Both the position numbers and the translations under genes were made by a program. 64,000 nt of DNA, from assembly GCF_009914755.1 (NCBI RefSeq), contig NC_060928.1; one strand, written 5' to 3'. Source of the DNA: the human T2T-CHM13v2.0 reference genome, Homo sapiens. Shown in pieces: positions 43,701-64,000 of the stretch; position 1 is the stretch's first letter, and each line of letters begins with the position of its first letter. The notes beneath the pieces are model-generated. The model was not told where the DNA came from, did not search any database, and saw only the letters and a list, made by a program, of their open reading frames with translations.

Positions 43701-44225
43701 ACAAAATAGTTCTAGTTTTAATTTTTTGAGGACTTCCATACTGCTCTCCACAGTGGCTAAACTAATGTACATTTCTACCAACAGTGTAGGAGGGTTCCCC
43801 TTTCTCCACATCCTCACCAGCATCCATTATTGCCTGTCTTTAGGATAAAAGTCATTAAAACAGGGGTGATATGGGATCTCACTATGGTTTTGATTTGCAT
43901 TTCTCTAATGATTACTTATGTTTAGCATTTTTTCATATACTTCTTGGCCAGTTGTATGTCTTCTTTTAGAGATGTCTATTCAGCTCATTTGCTCCTTTTT
44001 TAATTAGATTCTTCTTTTAACTGTTGAATTGTTTGAGTTCCTTATATATTCTGGACATTCATCTCTTGTCAGATAAATAGTTTTCAAATACTCTCTCCCA
44101 TTTTGCCAGATTCCTCTTCATTCTGTTGATTGTTTCCTGAACAATACAGAAGCTTTTAAGATTGATATAATCCCATTTGTCTATATTTGCCTTTCTTGCT
44201 TATGCCTTTGAGGTCTTCTCCATAA

Positions 44226-45818
<1,593 letters not shown>

Positions 45819-45876
45819 GAGACGGGGTGATTTATTTTTGGCATATGGATATACAGTTTTTCCAGCACTATTTCTT

Positions 45877-52420
<6,544 letters not shown>

Positions 52421-53579
52421 CCAGTACTATTTCTTAAAGAGACTGTCCAATCCCCAGTGAATGTTCTTGGCACCTTTTTTGAAATTCAGTTGGCTGTAAA
52501 TTTTGATTCTTTATTGCATTCCATTGGTCTATGTGTCTATTTTTATGGCAGTACCATGCTGTTTTGGTTACTATAGCTTTATAGTATATTTTGAAGTCAG
52601 GTGGAGTGATGCCTCCAGCTTTGTTCTTCAAATCCATGAACATGGTATGTATTTCTATTTGGATCATTTTCAATTTCTTTCAACATTTATATATTTACTT
52701 ATAGAAATCTTTCACCACCTTGGTAAATTTATTCTTAGATATTTTCCTAATTTTCAGTAGCTATTGTAAATGAGATTGCTTTCTTGATTTTTTTCTCACA
52801 CTAGTTTATTTTAGTGTATAGAAACAATACTAACTTTTGCATGTTGATTTTGTATTCTGCAACTTTACTTAATTTGTTGATCAGTTCTAAGAGTGTTTTG
52901 GTGGAGGTTTTACATGTACCTATATATAAGATGATGTCATCTGCAAACAGGGACAACTTCCTCCTTTCCAATTTGGATGCGCTTTAATTTCTTTCTCTTG
53001 CCTAAGTGCTCTAGCTAGGACTCCCATACTAAGTTGAATACAAATGGTGAATGTGGGCATCCTGGTGTTGTTCCAAATCTTAGGAAGAAAAAACTTTCAA
53101 CTTTTACGCTGTCAGAATAATGCTGGCTGTGGGTTTGTCATATATGGTCTTAATTGGGCTGAGATACATTACTTTTACACCTAATGTGTTGAACGTTTTT
53201 TTAAATCAAGAAGATATGTTGAATTTTATCGCTTGCTTTTTTTGGATCTATTGAGATTATCGTATGGTTTTTGTTCTTCATTCTTAGATGTGATGTATCA
53301 AGTTTACTGACTTGTGTATGTTGAACTATCCTCACATCTCTTGATCCCACTTGATAATGGTAAATAATCCTTTTAATATGCTGCTGGATTCTTTTTCCAA
53401 TTATTTTGTTGAAGAATTTTCAATCTATATTCATCAGAGATATTAACCTATAATTTCCTTTTATTGTGCCTTTGTTAGGTTTTGGTATCAGGTAATGCTG
53501 GCCTTGTGGGATACATTTGGAAGAATCACCTAACCTTTGGTTTTCTGAAATAATTTTAGAAGAATTAATATTATTCTTT

Positions 53580-53655
53580 TTTTTTTTTTTTTTTGATGAC
53601 TCTCAGCCTCCCAAGTAGCTAGGACTACAGGCGTGCGCCATCATGCCCAGCTAAT
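53580..53655 (-). mobile_element. 76-bp mini-Alu (right-arm fragment plus poly(A)) with 20-bp TSD
   Basis: TSD AAGAATTAATATTATTCTTT at 53560-53579 and 53656-53675. Confidence 0.9.
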
Positions 53656-53867
53656 AAGAATTAATATTATTCTTTAAATGTTTTGGTAGAATTCAGCAGT
53701 GAAGCCATCAGGTCCTGAGCTAGTTTTTTTTTTTTTTTAAGACTTTTTGTTACAGACTCATTCTCATTTCTCATAATTGGTCTGTTCAGGTTTTCTATTT
53801 CTTCTACATTTAATCTTGGAGGGTTCTGGGAATTTATCCATTATTGCTAGGTTTTCTAATTTATTGA

Positions 53868-54458
<591 letters not shown>

Positions 54459-57400
54459 TAGTTCCTTCAGATGTTTCATTAGGTTAATTGAAGTCTTTCT
54501 ATTTTTTTTGATGTAGGCATTTATTGTTATAAATTTACCTCTTTTGCTGTATCCCATTGTTTTTGGTATACTGTGTTTCCATTTTCACTTGTTTCAAGAA
54601 ATTTTCAAATTTCCTTCTTAATTTCTTCATTGACCTATTGGTCATTCAAGAGCATGTTGTTTAATTTCCATGTATATGTACAGTTTCTAATGTTCCTCTT
54701 GTTACTGAATTATAGTTTTATTCCACTGTGGTCACAAACAATAGTTGAAATATTTTAATCGTTTTAATTTTGTTGAGACTTGTTTTGTGGCCTAATATGA
54801 TATATCATGGAGAATGTTCCATGTGTTGATGAAAATAGCATGTATTCTTCAGTTGTTGAATAAAAATTTATATAAATGTATGTGAGATCCATTTGGTCTA
54901 TAGTTTAAATCTAATGTTTATTGTTTTTCTGTCTAGATGATCAGTCCAATGCTGAGAGTGGGGTGTTAATGTCACCACCTATTATTGTATTACAGTCTAT
55001 CTATCACTTTAGATAAAATATTTATAATTGTTATATTTATTCTTGATCACAGGACTCCCTTTATCTTCCTTTACATATTTATATGCTCTGGTGTTGGGTG
55101 TATATATATTTAAAAAGATTATATCCTCCTTTCTGAATTGATCAGGAAGGAGGATATAATTGAATTCATCATGATATAATTGAATTCATCATTATACAAT
55201 GACTTTGTGTTTGTTTCCAGTTTTTGATTTAATGTCTGTATTATCTCATATAAGAATAGCCACCTTTGTTTGGTTTTTGTTTTCATTTGAGTAGAGTATC
55301 TTTTCCCATGCCTTCTCTTTCCATCCATATGTATGTTTACAGGTGAAGTGAGTTTGTTGTAGGCAGCATATAACTGGGTGACAGCTTTTTATCCATTCAG
55401 CATGTCTTTATCTTTTAAGTGGGAAATGGAATCCATTTAGATTCATGGTTATTATTGCCAGTTAAGGACTTACTCCTGTCACTTTGTTATTTGTTTTCTG
55501 GTGGTTTTGTATATCCTTTTGCTCCTGTTTTTCTCTTATTATTGTGGTTTGGTAGTTTTCTCTAGTGATAAGGTTTGATGCTTTTTCCATTTCTCCTTCG
55601 TGTATCTGCTCCACCAGTGAGTTTTGTATTTTTATGTGCTTTCATGATAGCAATTATTGTATTTTGCTTTCAAATATAGGACTCTCTTGAGCATTTCTGT
55701 AGGGTTGATAGAGTGGTCATGAATTTTCTCAGTTTGTGTTTGTCTGGGGAAAACTCTTTCTCCCTCATTTCTGAAGGAGAGTGTTGCTGGGTATAGTATT
55801 CTTGGCTGATATTGTTTTTCTTCTTTTGGTACTTTGACCATTCTCTCCTGTTCTATAAGGTTTCTGCAGAGAAATGCTGTTGGTCTAATTACAGATTCTT
55901 TTATATGTGACTTGCTGCTTACCTCTGGCTAGCTTTAGAATTTTCTCTTTGTCTTTGACTTTTGAAAATTTGTCTGTAATATACCTCAGAAAAGACCTGT
56001 TTGGGTTAAGTCTCATTGGGGATGTTTGAACTTCCTGGATCCAGATGTCCATATCTCTCCACAGCCTTGGGAAGTTTTCAGCTATTATTTCATTAATAGG
56101 TTTTCTATGCTTTTCCCTTCTCTTCTCCTTCTGGAAAGCCCATAATATGAATATTTTTTTGCCTAATGGTGTTCCATAAGTACTGTAGCCTTTGTTATAT
56201 TTATTTTTTTCTGCAGAAAATATTTCAAACAACCCGTCTTCAAGTTCTGAGATTCTTTGTTCTGCTTGATCAAGTCTCTCCTTGAAGGCCTGTACTGTAC
56301 TTTTCAATTAATTAATCAAATTCTTCAGTTGAAGAAACTGTTTGATTCATTTTAGTGATTTCTCTTTGTTAAATTTCTTATTCATATTATGAATTCTTTG
56401 TCTGATTTCACTGAATTATCTACTGTATTATCTTTTACTTCATTGGGTTACCTTAGTATCATTACATTGAATTATTCTTCTGGAAATTCATTGATTTCCT
56501 TTTCATTGGGTTCTTTTACTAAAGACTTGTGTTCCTTTGGTGGTGACATATTCCCTTCCTTTTTCATGTTTCTTGTGTCCCTGCATTGATCCATACACCT
56601 GTTGGAACAATCACCTCTTCCACATCTTGTAGAATAGTTTTCATAGAGAAATACTTTCACCTGCAGTTGGGCTTTAGTGTACCAGTTGGGAAGGGCGTGG
56701 TAATTTTGTTTACAGATAAGTGTAATGGAATAGGGTCCATGAGGCTTCTTCAGCTGTAATTAATGTCAGCAGTAACTGTGGGTTTCTTAGTGGCCTAGGC
56801 TGTAGAAGTTTGTGGCAGTGGTGGTATGGATTGTTAATTTTCTTAATGTCAAGTATTCTTGGGGTCCTCCTATATTTAATTTCACCACAATAGGGAGACT
56901 TATCAAGAGGATCCCTGTTGTTCCCAGGTCTGACATGGCCTACAAGTAGCTGCAGTGGCACTGGGTTCCTGGTGCAGGGTCTTGGAATGGCTGTGGGGTG
57001 AGATCTTAGGCTCAGCATTTCATCTATCCTTTGTGGTACCTGGGTTTGGGGGTTCAGGTTTACTCTTTGTGGCAGGTTTGGATGTAGAGTGCCCACAGAG
57101 CCAGGATCTGGACTCTAAGACACCCCTATCCACTTGGGCTGAAGGGCTGCGTTGTACTTGTGGTTCTATCCCTGGGTGGGGGCAGGGCACAGCACTGGCC
57201 CAACTCCTGAGAAGAAAAGGTACTCTGGAGATTTGTGCCTGAGAAGCAGAGTATACCTAGAAGTAAGCAACTTGAGCCAGTAGAGTTCAGTGGCATCTCA
57301 GATACCAGGGGATAAGACACCATGTAGTGGTGACTATAGACCCTAGGATGGTAAGGCTTATCTGTATCTTACTTTCTGTGAGGGCAGGTGCGCGGCAGCA

Positions 57401-58147
57401 AGTTTCCCAGAATGGCAAAGTACAGTTGTCTTTCCAGCTTTGGGGGCATCAGAATAGCCCAACAATTAATCCACTCCCTAGAAAGAAATGTGTCTCTGCA
57501 GCACAGACTCTAGGGGCTAGTCCAGCTCCAGGGAAGCAGGGTATGAGATGTCTGGCCTGTAGGGTGGGGTGTTTCAGCTTAGTCACTGATGTTTCCTTGG
57601 GATAAGCAACTCAGGTCTGACAGGGCAGCAATTTCCCAGAAGGTGATAGCATACTTCAGATCAATCCTGGGGACAATGAGCATTCTGAGTGGTCTAAACA
57701 CCATTTTGCTAGAATGTGGGATGCTGCTTCAAATTGAGGCATTGAGGAGATGTGATTGCTCTGAGTGGCTAAGGTGCTGTTCTCATAGGAGACAGGGTAC
57801 CACTTTGGGTCCAGTCTGGTGGTGGGGGCGTGGATGGGGTGAGGGGAAGGTAGAGTAGTTCCACCTCTGCCTGGCCCACAGGGAAGGGTGTAACAGTTTC
57901 TCACAGCTCAGTCTTGAGATGCTGAACCACTGAGATGAGGTGGCTGAAAAGCTGCTTAGCCTCAGTTAATGAAGGGGAGCTACTTGCCCCCAGAGCAAGG
58001 CACACTCCAATTGCAATTTCAATTCCACAGTGCATAGCACACTAGTTGCATAAGCCTCAGGTGTCAGGGTACAGTGTTAGTTCCTGGTTATGTGGACTCT
58101 AGGTTGCTCCCTCAGATAAGCTTAGTGACTTTGAGGATTGCAGGGGA

Positions 58148-58270
58148 CCCCAGTGGCGAGGTCTGTAGGAGTTAATGCAGGCTGCATTAACTCGCAGCCA
58201 CCCCAGTGGCGAGGTCCGTAGGAGTTAATGCAGGGGACCCCAGTGGCAAGGTCCAAGGAGTTAATGCAGG
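58148..58270. repeat. Three ~34-bp direct repeats with an embedded 25-bp palindrome
   Basis: Unit CCCCAGTGGC(G/A)AGGTC..AGGAGTTAATGCAGG at 58148, 58201 and 58238; GAGTTAATGCAG-G-CTGCATTAACTC at 58169-58193. Confidence 0.9.
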
Positions 58271-58559
58271 CTGCTGAGATCCTCCTGCTTACCTTTCCCA
58301 AGTAGAGAGAAATTCCTCCTTGTTCCTAGCTGGTCCCAGTTGGGGGTTGGTGTAATGGAAGCCCGTCATTTCCTTCCATTTTCTACATGGCCATTTTGAG
58401 TTTCTGTGCCCACTTGGGTTTCTGTTACTCCTCTGATGCACTCTGGCACTCACTCTCGGTTATTTTTGTTAAAATGAAGTTATATGTTGTTCTGGCTATC
58501 TTTGTGAGGGGAACAATTGCTAGAGTCTTCTACTTGGCTATCTTGCAGATGTCACTTTT

Positions 58560-61500
58560 TCTCTTTTAACCTTTGTAGAAGAGGTAAAAGTGATTTATAC
58601 ACCACCATTACAGTGTCAGAATATTCTTGACTATAAACTTACTTTTATCAATGAGTTGATAGTTTCATGTTTCAATATTTTAATAAGTAGTATCACTTTG
58701 CTTCAGCTTCAAGAACTCTTTAGCATCTTTTGTAAATTGGGGCTAGTGGTGATGAACTCCCTCAGCTTTTGCTTGTCTAGGAAAAGCTTTATCTCTCCTA
58801 CATTTCTGAAGGGTAGTCTTGTTGGGTAAAGCATTCTTGGTTGACTTTTTTTTTCTATCAGTACTTTCAATATACCATCCCACTGTCTCCTGATCTGTAA
58901 GGTATCTGTTGAGAAATCCATTGATTGCCTACGGAAGTTCCTTTGTATGTTATAAGTCCTTTTCTCTTGCTGCTTTTAGAATTAACTGTCTTTGATTTTT
59001 GACAATTTGATTATAATGTGCCTGAGTAAAGTCATCTTTGGGTGAATCTGTTTGGGAACCCTTGGGTCTTATGTCTGACGTCCAGACGTCTCCCAAGATT
59101 TGGGAATTTTTCAGACATCATTTCTTTAAGCTTTGTGCTTCTTTTTTTCTCTCTCCTCCTTCTGAGACTCTCACAATCTGTGTATCACTTCTTTTGACAA
59201 TGTCTCATAAATATCTTAAGCTTTCTTAATTACTTTTCAATCTTCTTTTTTTCTTGTCTGACTGGGTAATTTCAAATGACCTGCTTTCAAGTTCACAGAT
59301 TATTTCTTCTAATTGATCAAGTGTAATGCTAAAGCTCTCTATTGCACTTTTCATTTCATTAACTGTATTACGTTGCTATCTTAACATCTGAATCAGTCTT
59401 ACGTTGCCATCTTAACATATGAAGCAGTCACCTCCTGCGGTCTTTACTGACTGGCTTTGGGAAACAAACAGCTTCACCAAGCTTCTCTTAGACATTTTCA
59501 ATAGATGTACCCACTCCATACCTTCAGCCATTACCGTTTAGGGAGAATTCCTAAGACTATATGCTTTCTTTGGATCCCATTAAACTAGGCTGGGTGTTGA
59601 GAATATCCCATGTTTTTTTTGTGGGGGTAGTGCCCTGAAATGCTCAAGTTTGTGTGCATTCTCTAAATCCCAAAGAGTTGTGCCAGCTGACTGTGCTTGC
59701 ATTCCCCATCTAGGGGGTGCACATGACAGCCAGCCATGGGGAAGGAGGGCAGTAATGCATATGAAGAGTTGGAATCACCTGTGGGCCAGCTGGTGTGGTG
59801 GTACACCACAGGTTAGGCATCCCAAGCAGCTTATGAGTGGGTCTGCTGATAGAGTCTGCAAAGTGGTTAGTAGGATACACAGCCCTTTCTTGAGTTTCAA
59901 GCCCTGACTGTGAGTCCCTCCCTGTTCTCCCTGCTCCTAGTCTCTCCTAGACACTTAGCCAGGCTGATCCCATTATTCTGGGTGAGTCAAAAAGAGGTGG
60001 GTCTTTTCGAGTGTCCTGCACAGGTAGAAAAGCCAGGAGCTTACTCACTATGCTCTCACTTCCCTCTGTGGGAAGAATCACAGGTTGAGGGAATCTCTCT
60101 TGGAACCGAGCTGTGCCATCTTGGGGCAGGAGTGATGCAGGTGAACTGAAATTGTTCTTACATTCTTCAATGTGTCTATTTTCCAATAGTATTCTGGAAC
60201 TTCTCTAGCCTTTAAACTCCTAGAAAGGGTGGTTGTCAAAATTGGTGCACTGTGGGGAGATGACAGTAGATAACACTTATTCTTTTATCTAGCTCTCTTT
60301 CACCTATTTTCTAATTGAATAGTTGGTTTTGTTTTTTCTTGTTTGTTAAACTGTTGAATTTTAAGAGTTCTATATAAATTTAAGATAGTAATAACCAGTC
60401 ATATATATGGTTTGCAAATTTTTCTGTCAGTCTGTGGTATGTTTATTCATCCTCCTGTAACAGAGCCAAAGTTTTTAACATTAGTAAAGTTCAAAATTTC
60501 AATTTATGGACCTTGCTTTTTCCTTTTATGGACCATGCTTGTGATATCAAAAATTCTTTTTCTAGCTCTAGATTCTGAAGAGTATCTGCAACTGACCCTC
60601 AAAAATTGTATAGATTCACATCTCCAGTTTAATTCTATGAGCCATTTCAAGTTCATTTTCGTATAAGTTTTGAGATTTTCATTGAGATTATAGTCTGCTT
60701 GCCTTCTTTCTAGCTTTCAGCATTGTATTTTTGTTTTACATATAATGTTCAATGCTTTTAGATGTACACAGTTAGAGGAATAAGGAAAAGTACATTTACA
60801 CTATATTCCTGAAATTAGATGTCCATCCTACAATTTTTATGTGTCTAATTTTTAGTATTCTAAGTTCAAACTATTTTCTAGCTTAATTTAGAAATTTCCT
60901 TTGACTAGTAAGCCATTAGAAGCATACTGTTAAATTTCAAAGCAACAGAGGATTTTCTGGTTAACTTTTTGTTGTTGCTTTATAGCTAAATGCCACTGTG
61001 GTCAGAAAACAAATTATAAGTAATTTGAAACCCTTAAAATTTGTTGAAATTTATGACTCAGCATATGGTCAATTTTGGCAACTGCTCCATATGCACTGTA
61101 AAATAACATGTACTCTATTTTTGTTGAGTTCAGTGTTCTACATAAGTCATTTAGGGGAATTTTGTCAACTGTGCTGTTTAGAACCTTTTATTTTTTTCTT
61201 TGCTTATTCTTGCTTATTCTCCATGGTGAAAGAATTCTCCCTTAAAAGTGTATATTTGCTTCTTTTTTACTTTTAGTTTTGTCACTTTTTTCTTTTGTAC
61301 ATTTTGAAGATTGAAGTTGGGTATAGAAGTATCAAAATTTACCACGGATTTAACTCCTTCACTTATTTATCTATAGTAATATTTCTTAGTTAAATCTATT
61401 TCATTTCATATCACTAGGCCTATGTTTGCTTTCTTTTAATTAATATTTTCATGGTGTAACTTTTTCTATCCTTTTCATTTTGAACCACATTGTTGTTCAC

Positions 61501-61590
61501 ATAGTTTGGTTTTGTGTGTGTGTATGCGTGTGCACTTTAAGTACTTAGAATGTTTAATTTATTCACATTTAATATAATTAATGTTCATAA
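58560..61590 (-). mobile_element. Further old L1M fragments (ORF1 and 5' region ~58600-60290, then decayed ORF2 pieces)
   Basis: ORF 58709-58921 (..QWDGILKVL..QPRMLYP..EIKLFLDKQKLREFITT) is the L1 ORF1 C-terminus; remaining boundaries approximate. Confidence 0.65.
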
Positions 61591-61603
61591 TAAAACAGAG
61601 AAC

Positions 61604-61834
61604 AAGAGTTGGCAAAGCTTTTTTGTAAAGGGCCTGACCATAAATATTTGACTTTGTCAATAACATGGTTTTTGTTCCAACTATTCAAGCCTGTTGCTGT
61701 AGCACAAATGGAGTCATAGACAATATATAAACAAATGACTATAGCTGTGTTCCAATAAATCTCTATCTAATGAAACACATTAGATAGAGATAGCGTGTGG
61801 GATTTGGCCAGTGGGCTATAGTTTGCTAAACTCT
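61604..61834 (+). mobile_element. MER58A (hAT-Charlie MITE)
   Basis: gttggcaaagcttttttgtaaagggcc..aactattcaa..tgctgtagcacaaa..catagacaata..gctgtgttccaataaa..gatttggcc..gggctatagtttgc. Confidence 0.85.
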
Positions 61835-62099
61835 AAATTACAATAAATAAATGCGTTGTAATTTATTTATATAATGTAATTTATTGTAATCAGGAAATAA
61901 GTAAAAGGCTCAAAGCACCAATATCCTGCAAGAGTGTACTAAGTTTAAGTTTGACTCATAGAATATCAAAGTATTTCAAGTGTGAATTCTAAATTAGCAA
62001 TTTCACAACAATTTATTTTCTTTCCAGTTGTAGTGACTAAACCCTATTATTCTGGGAGGGAAACACAAAATAGCAACAGACAAAATTAGAGTACCCAGA

Positions 62100-63330
62100 C
62101 ACTGAACAAGCTATGCATATATGCAAACTTGATATAGATAAGTCAGTAGGGAAAACATCAAATAATAAATGCTGGAAGCAATGGTTATTATACAGAGAAA
62201 AAAAACAGAGCCCTGTCCTAAACAATCCACAATAATAAATTCCAGACTGAATAAAGACTTAAATGTGAGAGGCTCATATATGCTAGTGAGGAACTTCTTA
62301 AGACACAGTAATAAAATTCACAGCAGAAAAACATATACATTTAACTGTATTAAAAGTTAAAATTTTTCTATTAGAAAACATATAAACCAGATAAATGAAA
62401 GCCCACAATTTAAAGTTTACTATGTTTTAATGACCAAAGGGTATTATTAGAAAAAATATAACAGAGGAAATCTGAGATCAATAACAAATAAAAGCAAGAA
62501 TAATCTCACCAATAATTAGAGAAATACAAATAAAAACAAAAGTGAGATGTTATTTCACACAAGTCAAACTGACAAAACAAAATATTTGACATTACTACCA
62601 AATGTTAAAAGGTTGTTTCACAATGAACACTCTTATAGACCATGAATTAGAATGAAAATTATTGCAACCACCTCCAGCAATTCTAGTAAATCTTAAGATA
62701 ACGCCAATTTTAGGTAGACATACTAAAAAAAATCTCAGATGTATATATGGAGACATGTTCAAGACTGTACTGAAACATTATTGCAAAATTAAAGAATTAG
62801 ACAAAATCTAAATTTCTTTGTCAAGAGAATGGATACATTTTGGTATAGTAATACAATGGAATGTAGCAATAGTTACAGTACATAAACTGGTAAAATATAT
62901 TTCAAATATTAAAAATAATGTTGAGCACATAATAGCTTTTGCAGGATACATACAGCATGCTATCATCACTTATTAGTTTAAAAATGTGACAAATGGCACT
63001 ATAAAGTAATTTCAGGTATAATCATATAAAGTATTAAAGCATGAATAGTATTGAAAAACACTAAGTTAAGGATAGTAATTACCACTGGGAAGGGACAGAA
63101 GGAAACAGGTGAGGAAATAAGTGCATACAGAGATTCATTTATTTCTGCGATATTTAATTTCTTAACAAAAATAAAACATGAAACATAACAAAATCTGAAA
63201 CAAATATGGCAAAAAGTTAAGAACTGACACAATTGGGTGGTAGGTACACAGGTATTAGTTTTATCTTCTATATTTTGATGTATGCTTGAGGTATATAAAT
63301 TTTTCAAAATAAAGAATAAGATATATAAAG
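62100..63330 (+). mobile_element. Old L1M 3' region
   Basis: ttcaataataaatgctgg-like motif, taaagacttaaatgtgagagg, attagagaaatacaaataaaaac, and L1M 3'UTR. Confidence 0.6.
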
Positions 63331-63692
63331 TGTTTAACCTAATTCCTGACATAGAAAACACTTAATAAATCTTAATAAATCTTGGCTCATTATCTTTTGT
63401 TTTTTTCTAAACATGAGAAAAAAAAAACCAAATCATTGGCTAACCCAATGTATATATTATAAGCATTTTACCAACATGGGAAGGATTAACTCTTGAAATG
63501 CAAAATTTTAAATGATATGTTCACATGGTTCCAGGAGAACTGCAATATGAATTAGGTAAAATGAAAAGGCAATCTTCCATAGTACCTCTTGGTGAACAAA
63601 ATAATAAATGCATCTAGTAGCCTACATAATTTCAAAAACTGATTTATCCTAGACTACTAACAATAGTTTATACTTTAAAAAGATTAAGAAGT

Positions 63693-63999
<307 letters not shown>

Positions 64000-64000
64000 A

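Noticed and set aside
58148-58270. CRISPR-like array or CTCF cluster
   Set aside because: Only three units with irregular, self-derived spacers inside an L1; CCCCAGTGGCG is one base short of the CTCF core spacing.

Overview
Primate (most likely human) genomic DNA, AT-rich and dominated by transposable elements. Four short minus-strand exons with canonical GT-AG sites (40170-40228, 39572-39644, 35224-35279 and the partial 1-60) splice in frame to KAVCQGEGDDTFENLVFDQS-FLAPLVTEYDKHLGELNGQLKYYQ-KQVGEMKLQLENVIKENER-LHSELKDAVEKKLEAFPLG. I recognise this as SCLT1 (centriolar distal-appendage protein), exons 3-6 by my recollection of the gene structure. The rest is intron: about 29 kb of primate L1PA sequence (four full-length but inactivated L1s, one nested in another), older L1M, Alu, L2/MIR, LTR and DNA-transposon fossils. 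Most ORFs in the track are L1/Alu fragments or chance ORFs. I see no new gene family, CRISPR array or prokaryote-type system. The best leads are (1) two inverted L1PA7-type elements flanking exons 3-5 that share many non-consensus substitutions, suggesting gene conversion; (2) an L1 antisense promoter/ORF0 whose second donor is in phase with SCLT1 exon 6; (3) a candidate frame-preserving microexon and a candidate poison exon in intron 4; and (4) several cis-templated insertion and fold-back repair scars. Repeat subfamily names come from remembered consensus features and need RepeatMasker/Dfam confirmation.
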